NCBI GenBank assembly: GCA_033764315.1
Contig: JANRJA010000170.1
Span: forward strand, 25,885-89,884
DNA length: 64,000 nucleotides
Direction of reading: 5' to 3'
DNA from: Oculatellaceae cyanobacterium bins.114
GTDB lineage: Bacteria > Cyanobacteriota > Cyanobacteriia > Elainellales > Elainellaceae
The position numbers and the translations under genes were made by a program. Positions within the stretch are counted from its first letter, which is position 1, and each line of letters opens with the position of its first letter. Positions 10,734-20,230 of the stretch are shown here, piece by piece. Under the pieces are notes generated by a model, which saw nothing but the letters and a program-made list of their open reading frames with translations, was not told the DNA's origin and searched no databases.

Positions 10734-11728
10734 TAGGGTTGCTGGGGGACAGCGGGGGTAATGGTTCCTGATTTCAAACGTTCTAAGTCGGTCAACACCA
10801 TTTCTTCGATCAAACTGGCAAAGGTCACTTGGGGTTGCCATCCTAAATGACGCTTTGCTTTGGCAGGGTTAGCCACCAGGTGAAAATGTTCATCTGAGCG
10901 AATCAGCTTTAAATCGACCGTGACATATCGAGTCCAATCTAAATCCAAACAGCCAAATGCGGTTTCAACTAAATCTTGAACACTGTGCAACTGCCCTGTG
11001 CCAATCACGTAATCTTCAGGGGTTTCGGCTTGTAACATGCGCCACATTGCCTCTACATGGTCGTTTGCATGTCCCCAGTCTCGCTTGGCCTGAAGGTTGC
11101 CCATCTCTAGGCGATCGCTCAACCCCAGCTTAATCGAAGCGGCTGCTACCGAAACTTTGCGAGTGACAAAGGCGGGTAAGCGCATGGGCGACTCATGATT
11201 ATATAAAATGCCACTGCAAGCAAATAATCCATACCGCTGACGATGATGCACCATCATCCAGTGAGCATGGAGTTTGGCCGCTGCATAGGGATTCATCGGG
11301 CGAAACGGGGTATTTTCATCCTGAGGAGATTGATCCACCTGACCAAACATTTCAGAACTGCTCGCCTCAAACACCCGTGTATTTAGCCCTAACTGATGAA
11401 TGGCTGCCAATAGCCGAGTGGCACTGCCAGTAATCAAATCCAAGGTGCCGAGCGGGTCATTCCACGAATCAGGGACAAAGCTAGGAGCCGCTAAATTGTA
11501 GATTTCATTGGGGCAAAACTGCTCAACGAGTTCTAACAGTGCTGTGGCATCCGTCAAAGCAACTGGATAAATTTCAATTTGCTCAATTAGATTACCGAGC
11601 TTGACTACATTATTCCGACGGTGCGGAGCCACCAGGCCAATGACGCGATATCCTTTTTTTAATAAAAATCGGCTCAAATAATATCCGTCTTGTCCTGTAA
11701 TGCCTGTAATTAAAGCCGTTTTGATCAT
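10733..11728 (-). CDS. gmd: GDP-mannose 4,6-dehydratase
   Basis: ALITGITGQDG, YNLAA, ASSSEMFG, PYAAAK, GILYNHESP, FVTRK, RDWGHA. Confidence 0.92.
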   Translation of the reverse strand: MIKTALITGITGQDGYYLSRFLLKKGYRVIGLVAPHRRNNVVKLGNLIEQIEIYPVALTDATALLELVEQFCPNEIYNLAAPSFVPDSWNDPLGTLDLITGSATRLLAAIHQLGLNTRVFEASSSEMFGQVDQSPQDENTPFRPMNPYAAAKLHAHWMMVHHRQRYGLFACSGILYNHESPMRLPAFVTRKVSVAAASIKLGLSDRLEMGNLQAKRDWGHANDHVEAMWRMLQAETPEDYVIGTGQLHSVQDLVETAFGCLDLDWTRYVTVDLKLIRSDEHFHLVANPAKAKRHLGWQPQVTFASLIEEMVLTDLERLKSGTITPAVPQQP

Positions 11729-11867
11729 GTGTAAGCTCTAAACCCATTACTCTTGAAACTGCCTTACTCAAAAGGAATTGCCCAATGTCACGGCTATGGC
11801 GTGTTCGTTGCTGGCAACCCTATATCAGATGTTTTACTGAGGGAATGGTAGAAGCTCCGAGAAGAGT

Positions 11868-13025
11868 TTATGTTTTTTGGAAAAACTTTTCTAAATGGTT
11901 TGCGAGTCGTTGCTTAAAGCGATCGCGCCCATAGGCGTCAATCATTTTTTGACGCAACGCTTCGGGTTGATACATCAACGGATTGGGATACTGTTTCTGC
12001 AAAATCTGAGTGATGGTTTGGGCTATTGCGTTGACATCATCCGGATCAACCAATGCACCCAGTTCACCCTGACACAAGGCATCAATTGCCCCATCTTGAT
12101 TACCACCTAAAACGGGTTTGCCACACGCCATCGCTTCCAGATAAACAATCCCAAACCCCTCCAGTTTGCTGGGCATGGCAAAGATATCGCAGAGATTGTA
12201 GTAATCACACAGCTCTTCATCGGGCACAAACCCTGCCAGCGTAACGCAATTTTGTAGCTGTTGAGTTGCTATGGCGTGCTCCAAACGGGGGCGATCGTCT
12301 CCTTTGCCGACAATAAGAAACCTTACATCGGGCAACGTTTGACGAATCAGGGGCATGGCCTCTAAAACTTTGTCGTAGCCACGATAGGTTTCACTGGCAG
12401 AGAGCCGATTAACGGTCAAAATAACGGGCTGATCCGCTTTGAGGTGATAGCGTTCGAGCAAATGAACAGGTTTAGGTTTAATGGCAAAGCGGCTCGTATC
12501 AAAGGTATTGGGTTGTAGCGTCACCTTTGCTGGGTCGAGGTGCTGTTCTTTGAGCAGGCGATCGCGGGTGTAGTGGCTGACTGATAAAATCTGATCCGCT
12601 GCATGCAGGGCAGCTTGCATCGAGGGCTTTTGGATATTCCAGGCTTCAACCCCGTGGGCGATCGCCCAATAGGGAATCCCCGTCAACCGCTTCAGCCAAT
12701 GTGCCGCAGGCAGGTAATTCAAATGAGTGGTAATCACCAGGTCTGGACGTTGCACAACGCCACTGGCGACAAGTTGTGCCGCAAACAGAGGGGTTCGCAC
12801 AGAGGCAGGATACTGTCCCGCAAAATGCAATGTTGTATGGGGCGCAAAAGAGCGATCGTGGGGATACTGAGTATCGTTTTTTAGAAAAACGTCGTAGCGC
12901 AGATCTGGATACAACGCCTGCATTGTCTCTAACAAAAAGCCGGAGTAAACCTGGATTCCACCCTTAAACTCAAATATATCGGGAACCCAGAGATGAATTC
13001 GGGTGGAGTCGATGGCGGCTGGCAT
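11868..13025 (-). CDS. Glycosyltransferase family 4
   Basis: KGGIQ and MPSKLEGFGIVYLEAMACGKPV; paralogous to 9555-10733. Confidence 0.9.
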   Translation of the reverse strand: MPAAIDSTRIHLWVPDIFEFKGGIQVYSGFLLETMQALYPDLRYDVFLKNDTQYPHDRSFAPHTTLHFAGQYPASVRTPLFAAQLVASGVVQRPDLVITTHLNYLPAAHWLKRLTGIPYWAIAHGVEAWNIQKPSMQAALHAADQILSVSHYTRDRLLKEQHLDPAKVTLQPNTFDTSRFAIKPKPVHLLERYHLKADQPVILTVNRLSASETYRGYDKVLEAMPLIRQTLPDVRFLIVGKGDDRPRLEHAIATQQLQNCVTLAGFVPDEELCDYYNLCDIFAMPSKLEGFGIVYLEAMACGKPVLGGNQDGAIDALCQGELGALVDPDDVNAIAQTITQILQKQYPNPLMYQPEALRQKMIDAYGRDRFKQRLANHLEKFFQKT

Positions 13026-13180
13026 AAGTAATATTCAAAAAGGCTGGAGCAGAGTTAAATTGGTGTTGCAAAACAGCTTCTCAAAGAGAGAAATCGCAAC
13101 TGATTGACCAATATTGCCCCAAACCAGACAGATTGGAACTTGCGTCAGCTTAACTCAATATTTTTGAGGTGTCGAGGTGT

Positions 13181-13633
13181 CTAAGAGGGCACCTGTGACT
13201 GGAACGGTTGTTTAACCCGATGTTTCACAATTAGCAGACAATTACGACCATCGGCACTGCGATCATAAACCACCTGATCGGCTAATCGCCTCAACAAAAA
13301 CCAGCCATATCCACCTTTACGCAACGTCCCTGGCTGTGGCTCTTCGATCAAATCAGGGTTAAACGGTTGTCCCTGATCCCATATGCGAATTTCAATCCGC
13401 TCTTCCCAGAGGGATAAGTCAATGTCAATAGTTGTTTCTGAAGGTAGCTCGTGGTGAGCATGACGCACAGCATTGGTAAACCCTTCTGCCAATGCGAGGT
13501 TAAGAGGATAAAGTTGACTCTGTAACCAGAGGAGTTGGGAACTATTTTGTAAACAAAACAGCTTAAACCACTCCTGTACCTGATTGAGGACAGTTAAGTC
13601 ACTCCTAACAGTTAAGTAGGCTCGCTGTAACAT
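13181..13633 (-). CDS. Anti-sigma regulatory factor / RsbW-like HATPase (PmgA-like family)
   Basis: LALAEGFTNAVRHAH (N box), IWDQG (G1), GGYGWFLLRRLAD (G2). Confidence 0.85.
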   Translation of the reverse strand: MLQRAYLTVRSDLTVLNQVQEWFKLFCLQNSSQLLWLQSQLYPLNLALAEGFTNAVRHAHHELPSETTIDIDLSLWEERIEIRIWDQGQPFNPDLIEEPQPGTLRKGGYGWFLLRRLADQVVYDRSADGRNCLLIVKHRVKQPFQSQVPS

Positions 13634-13770
13634 ACACGTCGCCAGGAATTGACCCAACTGAAGGTACGCAAGATTACCCGAAATACACGAGATAGACATG
13701 ACCCTGTCTGACTCAGCATACCCATCAATCGTAACTAGTAGTTGCACCAACACCTTAAAAATTCATGATT

Positions 13771-13840
13771 AAAAACTAACACCCGTGTTGATATTCCAAT
13801 GATGCACCGGCATACCTGGAAAACCAACACGGGCGTCAGA
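13771..13840 (-). terminator. Long stem-loop plus U-tract downstream of petD
   Basis: Minus strand CTGACGCCCGTGTTGGTTTTCCA...TGGAATATCAACACGGGTGTTAG-TTTTT. Three mismatches are G-U pairs in this orientation. Confidence 0.7.
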
Positions 13841-13851
13841 AAAAACCACAT

Positions 13852-14334
13852 TTAGAACAAGCCAAGTGTCAAAGACTTGTCAATCGGAAAGGTTGCACCG
13901 ATTCCAAGCCATAGGGTTGCTGCGGTGCCGATCAAAAAGACGGTCGTAGCGACTGGACGGCGGAAAGGGTTTTGGAACTTGTTAACGTTCTCGATGAAGG
14001 GAACCAACATCAAACCCAGAGGAATAGCCGTTTGAAGAGCAATTCCCAATAGTTTGTTGGGAACAATGCGAAGAATCTGGAAAGCAGGATATAAATACCA
14101 CTCTGGCAGAATCTCTAACGGGGTTGCAAAGGGGTTGGCAGGTTCACCAACCACGGCAGGATCGAGCACTGCAAGCGACACACAGCAGGCGATCGTGCCT
14201 AAAATAACGACTGGAAAGATATAGAGCAAGTCATTAGGCCAAGCGGGTTCACCGTAATAGTTGTGACCCATGCCCTTTTTGAGCTTCTCACGTAAAACTG
14301 GATCGCTCAGATCCGGCTTCTTAATGGTTGCCAT
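13852..14334 (-). CDS. petD: Cytochrome b6-f subunit IV
   Basis: [37 protein letters not shown]. Confidence 0.99.
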   Translation of the reverse strand: MATIKKPDLSDPVLREKLKKGMGHNYYGEPAWPNDLLYIFPVVILGTIACCVSLAVLDPAVVGEPANPFATPLEILPEWYLYPAFQILRIVPNKLLGIALQTAIPLGLMLVPFIENVNKFQNPFRRPVATTVFLIGTAATLWLGIGATFPIDKSLTLGLF

Positions 14335-14464
14335 AATATTCGAGTGCTCTCCTTAGCAACAAAAATCGAGGTGGCTTCAGGCTAGTGCTAGGTATTAATT
14401 AAAGCTAGTGTAACGGGAATTAGAGTATCCCGCACCTAACAGGTGGACTAAATCTGGCGATCGC

Positions 14465-15133
14465 TTACAAAGGACCAGAGATACCCTGCTTGCGAATCAT
14501 CAAGAAGTGCAACAGCATGAAGACGGCGATCGCCCAGGGCAACACAAAGGTGTGCAGACTATAAAAGCGAGTCAGAGTAGATTGACCTACACTTTGACCG
14601 CCTCGCAGTAGCTCTACCATGAAAGAACCGACCACAGGAATCGCTTCGGGTACACCAGAAACGATTTTAACCGCCCAATAGCCAACCTGATCCCAGGGCA
14701 GCGAATAGCCAGTTACACCAAATGACACGGTGATGACTGCCAAAATGACACCCGTAACCCAGGTCAACTCACGAGGCTTTTTAAAGCCACCGGTTAAATA
14801 AACCCGGAAAACGTGCAGGATCATCATCAGCACCATCATGCTGGCAGACCAACGGTGGATGGAGCGAATTAACCAGCCAAAATTGACGCTGGTCATCAAG
14901 TACTGTACTGATTCAAAGGCTTCAGTCACAGTGGGTTTGTAATAAAAAGTCATCGCAAACCCAGTGGCAAATTGGATGAGGAAGCAGGTTAGCGTGATCC
15001 CACCCAGGCAATAGAAGATGTTTACGTGAGGGGGAACATACTTGCTGGAGATGTCATCAGCGAGTGCCTGAATCTCCAACCGCTCCTCGAACCACTGGTA
15101 TGCTTTTGAATCAGTTACCTGCTTAGTAAACAT
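14465..15133 (-). CDS. petB: Cytochrome b6
   Basis: [39 protein letters not shown]. Confidence 0.99.
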   Translation of the reverse strand: MFTKQVTDSKAYQWFEERLEIQALADDISSKYVPPHVNIFYCLGGITLTCFLIQFATGFAMTFYYKPTVTEAFESVQYLMTSVNFGWLIRSIHRWSASMMVLMMILHVFRVYLTGGFKKPRELTWVTGVILAVITVSFGVTGYSLPWDQVGYWAVKIVSGVPEAIPVVGSFMVELLRGGQSVGQSTLTRFYSLHTFVLPWAIAVFMLLHFLMIRKQGISGPL

Positions 15134-15378
15134 GAAGCGAGAGTTCCAAAAAAATGTATTGCTGTCAATAAAAAATGTAACATAGCCTTTATCCACATTT
15201 CATAATGAAACCCTTTAATTACCAGGGTGTTTGTGTCGTGTTGGCTCCTAAATATCGGTTGCGATGCTTTACAGCCTTGGTTGAGCTTGAAACTCAGCTC
15301 TTGAGGTTGCTGATCAGATAAACGAGGAAAATGATTGGGAATGGTATTTAGCCTTTGCCAATGTTTAAGATATGTATC

Positions 15379-16623
15379 ATGACAAAGCGTTTTTTTCAGA
15401 TTGGGTTGTTGCTCATCGTCTCTTTGGTATTGGTGCTGAACAGTTGGGTTCCGGCAGCATACGCCTTTACGGATGAGCAAAAGTTGCTGAGTGAAGTTTG
15501 GCGAATTGTGGATCGAGCCTATATTGACGACACGTTTAACCATCAAAACTGGTGGTTTGTGCGCCAAAGGGCACTGCAACAGAATTTGCAGAACCGGGAA
15601 CAAACCTATACCGCCATTCAGAAGATGTTGGCGAGTTTAGATGATCCCTTTACTCGGTTGCTGAAGCCAGACCAATATCGCAGCCTGCAAACCAACACCT
15701 CTGGAGAACTGACCGGAGTGGGGTTACAAATTACACAAGATCCTGAAACAGGGGAATTGCGTGTGATTGCCCCCATCGATCGGTCTCCCGCTGATGAAGC
15801 TGGAATTCAACCGCGCGATCGCATTCTTAAAATTAATGGGGTATCCACCTTTGATTTCACCTTAGACGAAGCCGCTGAACGGATGCGTGGGCCGATTGGC
15901 AGTCAGGTGACGTTGACCATTGCCCATGATGACGAAGTGCCTAAAGACGTTTTATTAGTCCGCAACCGGATTACGTTGAACCCCGTCTACGCCGAACTGC
16001 GTCCTCAATCAGAAGGCATGAAGGTGGGCTATGTTCGGCTGACTCAATTTAACGCCAATGCCGCTCAGGAACTGGCTCATGCCATTCATCATTTAGAAGA
16101 TGAAGGAGCAACAGCATATGTGCTAGACCTCCGTAACAATCCAGGAGGGCTGTTGCAAGCTGGGATTGAGATTGCTCGCCTGTGGCTAGACCAGGGCACT
16201 GTGGTCTATACCGTCAACCGTGAGGGCATTCAAGACAGCTTTGTGGCAAATGGACCCGCGTTGACGGATGATCCACTCGTGGTATTGGTCAATCAAGGCA
16301 CTGCCAGTGCTAGCGAGATTTTGGCAGGAGCTTTGCAAGATAATGGTCGGGCTCGATTAGTAGGTGAGAAAACGTTTGGCAAAGGCTTGATTCAGTCGTT
16401 GTTTAACCTGTCTGATGGATCTGGATTAGCCGTGACGATCGCCAAGTATGAAACACCTGACCACCACGACATCAACCGCCAGGGAATCGTCCCAGATGTT
16501 GTGGTTTCTACGGAACCCATCAGTCGTGATCAAATGGGCACCGCAATCGATCCCCAGTATCAAGCTGCATTAGAGGTCTTGCATCAGCCACTCGTGGTAG
16601 CTGACATGGATGCAGGGGAATAG
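15379..16623 (+). CDS. ctpA: C-terminal processing peptidase (S41, PDZ)
   Basis: LDDPFTR, GVGLQI (PDZ), LDLRNNPGG, TASASEILAGALQD, TFGKG; divergent from petB. Confidence 0.92.
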   Translation: MTKRFFQIGLLLIVSLVLVLNSWVPAAYAFTDEQKLLSEVWRIVDRAYIDDTFNHQNWWFVRQRALQQNLQNREQTYTAIQKMLASLDDPFTRLLKPDQYRSLQTNTSGELTGVGLQITQDPETGELRVIAPIDRSPADEAGIQPRDRILKINGVSTFDFTLDEAAERMRGPIGSQVTLTIAHDDEVPKDVLLVRNRITLNPVYAELRPQSEGMKVGYVRLTQFNANAAQELAHAIHHLEDEGATAYVLDLRNNPGGLLQAGIEIARLWLDQGTVVYTVNREGIQDSFVANGPALTDDPLVVLVNQGTASASEILAGALQDNGRARLVGEKTFGKGLIQSLFNLSDGSGLAVTIAKYETPDHHDINRQGIVPDVVVSTEPISRDQMGTAIDPQYQAALEVLHQPLVVADMDAGE

Positions 16624-16699
16624 GGCTGTACTCATCATTTAGTCAGGAGTAGACGGAGTGGAAGAGCGAAAGAGCCACTCTCATGCCCATTGATCGACT

Positions 16700-16975
16700 T
16701 CACTCATCTTCATTACTCATCGTCTCTGGAGAATCGGGTTTGACCAAGTTAGTGGGGGGGCGATCGCTGCTCCATGCCCACCAGACGATGTCACACTGAC
16801 ACTCGTAAAATTCTTGCCATTTGCGACGGTGGTCTTCTGTAAAGACAGGCGATCGCCGATTAATCCAAACTCGTTTTGCTTCGGTACACAGCGAGCGACA
16901 GTTAGGGCAACAAAACTCCCAGGCATGAACTGCCGATTGAGTCCAGGCGGGAGGGGTTGGATCAAATGCATTCAT
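16700..16975 (-). CDS. Conserved hypothetical Cys/Trp-rich protein
   Basis: FCCPNC...VWINRRSPV...KWQEFYECQC..WWAWSSDRP. Confidence 0.75.
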   Translation of the reverse strand: MNAFDPTPPAWTQSAVHAWEFCCPNCRSLCTEAKRVWINRRSPVFTEDHRRKWQEFYECQCDIVWWAWSSDRPPTNLVKPDSPETMSNEDE

Positions 16976-17234
16976 GCAGCAAGAAATGGTGGCGTCTACT
17001 CACTATCCTACTCCTTCAAGATTAGTGAATTGGGAAGCGATCGCTTGAAAATGGGGTCTTCAAATGATCAAAGCGTTAAGTTCGGGTAAAAAATACGATT
17101 TTTAATCTAAATTCACGCCTGAGTTGCACCAAAACCGCTATTTTTAAGTACTGTCTTGTATAAATCCCAAAATCGATCTCGATTTGATCGCTCCTACTTC
17201 TAAACCCCCGGTCTGTCAGGGAGGACTAAATCTA

Positions 17235-18803
17235 ATGCCATTGAACATTATTTCCTTTGTCGGCATTTTCGCGTTGTGCGCGATCGCCTGGTTCTTCTCT
17301 GAACGGCGCGATCTAAAGTATTTTCCCTGGCGTGTGGTGATCTGGGGAATTGTGTTGCAGTTAATCTTGGGGTTTCTAGTCTTTTGGTTTCCCCCCACCA
17401 AGTTTATTTTAAATGCGTTTAGCCAGCTGTTAAACAGCGTTTTTGCAGCGACTGACGTTGGGGCTAACTTCGTCTTTGGTCATGTGCTGGTTCCTACCCC
17501 GCTCAATCCTCCGCGCAACCCAATTGACCCCCTATTAGGGCCGTTAGCTGGAATATTTGCCTTTCGAGTATTACCCGCTGTCATTTTCTTTGGCGGTCTG
17601 ATGTCACTGCTCTACAACATTGGTGTGATTCAGCCCGTTGTCAATTTCTTTGCAAAAATTTTCTATGCATTCATGCGGCTGAGTGGAGCCGAGTCACTCA
17701 GTGGAGCTGCCAATATCTTTGTCGGCATTGAAGCGGCGATCGTCGTTAAGCCCTTTTTACCCAAGATGACCCGCAGCGAACTGTGTGCCATCTTAGCCTG
17801 TTGCTTTGGCACAGCTGCTTCTTCGACATTGGCGATTTATGTAGGGGCACTAAGAGATGTTTTCCCCAACATTTTGGTGCATCTCGTATCGGCATCCATT
17901 ATTGCCATTCCTGCCTGCTTCGTCTTATCAAAAATTCTTGTCCCAGAAACCGAAATTCCTCTCACAGCAGGGGGTATTCCAGCAGAAGAAACGGTTGTTG
18001 AACGCGATGAGTACGGAGTATCGAAAGAAACAGTCGGTGGAGAAGTCATCGAACGAGTTAGCCCTGTAGATGCGGCGATTTTAGGAACCATCGATGGCAT
18101 GAAAATGGCAGTGACGATCGCCGCTGTCTTAATTTTTATCGTGGGGTTTGTCTCTCTGATCAACCAACTGTTTCAAGGCTTAGCAGGACTGCAAACCTCA
18201 GAGATTTTGGTTTTGCAACCCATCGGTCAATTTTTTAGTGTCGTCACCTTAGAAAACATCTTAGGAGCGTTGTTTCTGCCATTGACCGTGTTGACAGGGG
18301 TTTCATTAGACTGGAACGAACTGTGGATATCATCTGTGTTGATTGGTAGCCGTCTGTTAAAAACAGCAATTCCCTCCTACATCCAATTGGGTCAACTGGC
18401 AGGACAAGGAGCCATGAGCGATCGCGCTATTTTGATTATTAGCTATGCGCTCTCTGGTTTTGCTCATCTCGCATCGGTTGGCATCTTTGTAGGTGGCACG
18501 ATCGCATTAATTCCCTCACGTCGCAAAGATATCTCTGAGTTGGGTTGGAAGGCTCTCTTTATCGGCACGCTTGCCACGATTATGATTTCGTGTGTAGCAG
18601 GTGTATTTGACACAGGCGACCCCAGCATTTTGGGTGAGCCTCCAGCACAGACTGCTCCTGCGGCAGCTCCTGCCAGCCCAAATCCGGCGGCGACCACAGT
18701 TCCGGCTCCCACAACAACTACCGCTCCGGCTCCCACAGCGACCACAGTTCCGGCTCCAGCAGCAACCACAGCTCCCGCTCCAACAGTGAGTCCTACTCCC
18801 TAG
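17235..18803 (+). CDS. Concentrative nucleoside transporter (CNT/NupC family) with Pro/Ala/Thr tail
   Basis: FAFRVLPAVIFF, GAESLSGAANIFVG, MTRSEL, YALSGFAH; multiple TM segments. Confidence 0.9.
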   Translation: MPLNIISFVGIFALCAIAWFFSERRDLKYFPWRVVIWGIVLQLILGFLVFWFPPTKFILNAFSQLLNSVFAATDVGANFVFGHVLVPTPLNPPRNPIDPLLGPLAGIFAFRVLPAVIFFGGLMSLLYNIGVIQPVVNFFAKIFYAFMRLSGAESLSGAANIFVGIEAAIVVKPFLPKMTRSELCAILACCFGTAASSTLAIYVGALRDVFPNILVHLVSASIIAIPACFVLSKILVPETEIPLTAGGIPAEETVVERDEYGVSKETVGGEVIERVSPVDAAILGTIDGMKMAVTIAAVLIFIVGFVSLINQLFQGLAGLQTSEILVLQPIGQFFSVVTLENILGALFLPLTVLTGVSLDWNELWISSVLIGSRLLKTAIPSYIQLGQLAGQGAMSDRAILIISYALSGFAHLASVGIFVGGTIALIPSRRKDISELGWKALFIGTLATIMISCVAGVFDTGDPSILGEPPAQTAPAAAPASPNPAATTVPAPTTTTAPAPTATTVPAPAATTAPAPTVSPTP

Positions 18804-18868
18804 AACAGGATGAAGGATAACTGAACTCTTGTATCTTGCTCACTCGAATCCGTTGCGGGCTAATCCTT

Positions 18869-18990
18869 AAAACCCATTGATAAAGGTTAAAAATTGATTT
18901 GGTAAAAGAAGTGCAAACATCTCGCTCATGGGCAATATGCCCGCACTGCGGAATTGCCAAATTATTTCCTTACCTTCCATCAATGGGTTA
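18869..18990. mobile_element. Degenerate MITE-like element (copy 1)
   Basis: Terminal IR AACCCATTGAT...ATCAATGGGTT. The core is similar to 29937-30031. Confidence 0.5.
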
Positions 18991-19218
18991 AAGTTCCTTC
19001 GTTCAAGGATTTTAGTCTGTCTCAATGAATTTTGCTGAGTCAGCCTACCTTTAGTCACAGGTCGGCGTTGAAACAGCGATCGAGAGAAGATGCTTTAGAG
19101 CTAACGAACTTATTCTCAAAATGAGAAGTGCTGGACGCAAGATAACAATTCCCGAATGGCAATGAAACAGATAGAATGGTTGGTTCTACTCTACACAACC
19201 GATCCTCTCTGCTGAGCC

Positions 19219-19602
19219 ATGAATCAAACGACTGAGTCCCTTACCGCTTTGGATGACAAACTTTCCAAGCGATTTATTGAACTCGACCCTCAAGGCTATT
19301 TCATCATTTATCTAGACCGAGAGGCAAAACTGATTTGCGCGAAACACTACAGCAACGTCATTAACGACAAGGGGTTAGCCTGTGATCCGGCAACTGGAGA
19401 GGTGTTGTCTGTTCGCAGTCCGGTTGAACGCATTCCCACAGCCATTTTTGCAGGCAGAACGGCGAAGGAACTGTGTATCAAAATCTTTGAAGAAACCAAA
19501 CCTTGCCCCATTAGCTATTTAGATCACGCTGCTTATTTAGGGCGAGAGTTTGTTAGAGCAGAGATCGCGTTAGTGCAGGGACAAACCTATGTTCAAGATT
19601 AA
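19219..19602 (+). CDS. DUF4346-type protein
   Basis: LDPQGYFII, GRTAKEL, LDHAAYLGRE..RAE, YVQD. Confidence 0.85.
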   Translation: MNQTTESLTALDDKLSKRFIELDPQGYFIIYLDREAKLICAKHYSNVINDKGLACDPATGEVLSVRSPVERIPTAIFAGRTAKELCIKIFEETKPCPISYLDHAAYLGREFVRAEIALVQGQTYVQD

Positions 19603-20152
19603 AGAGCGATCGCCCATCTCGCAAAGATTCTCTCTAGGTCGTCCGCTGCGGTGTCTATCCGTGGTGTTAACAACAGTGCCCCTGCTGTTTGCAACGGCAT
19701 GCACTACGACCGATACAACCCAGTATGAAGCCACCGCATTGACCACCTATACCTGGCAGGTCGATTACACCACAACGGTTGGGGGAGGAGACGATCGCCC
19801 GCCTCGTATCGAAGAGTTTGAGTCTACGTCATTGCTCAATCGCAATGGACAGCCACCCGATGGGGCGGTGACTGGACCTGATGACCAGGGTTTGTGGTGG
19901 GCTGAGTTGCCACCTCGCCCTTCATTAGAGGAAATGGAAGCCCAGAAACAAGCTTCTGAACGCTTTGGCACTCCTCGCTTAAACAAAAGCGTAGACTATT
20001 CCCTCACCTTTGATAAAGCAGGAGAAACCGTGACACTTCCTACTAATTACTCGGTTTACAGTCAAATTGCTCGTTTATATCCAGATCAGCCACCGTTGGA
20101 ATTAACACTGGGAGTGGAGGAATCGTCTGTGGAGAAGGCAGAACCAAAGTAG
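19589..20152 (+). CDS. Putative lipoprotein
   Basis: Hydrophobic stretch ending ATAC; overlaps the upstream gene by 14 nt. Confidence 0.7.
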   Translation: MFKIKERSPISQRFSLGRPLRCLSVVLTTVPLLFATACTTTDTTQYEATALTTYTWQVDYTTTVGGGDDRPPRIEEFESTSLLNRNGQPPDGAVTGPDDQGLWWAELPPRPSLEEMEAQKQASERFGTPRLNKSVDYSLTFDKAGETVTLPTNYSVYSQIARLYPDQPPLELTLGVEESSVEKAEPK

Positions 20153-20163
20153 AGAAACCCAAA

Positions 20164-20191
20164 GTAGGGACATAGCTTGCCATGTCCCTAC
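20164..20191. repeat. GTAG-type REP palindrome
   Basis: GTAGGGACAT-agcttgcc-ATGTCCCTAC between convergent genes. Confidence 0.7.
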
Positions 20192-20230
20192 AGGTCTCTT
20201 CGCTTTGCAAGTGATTTAATACAAAATCCC

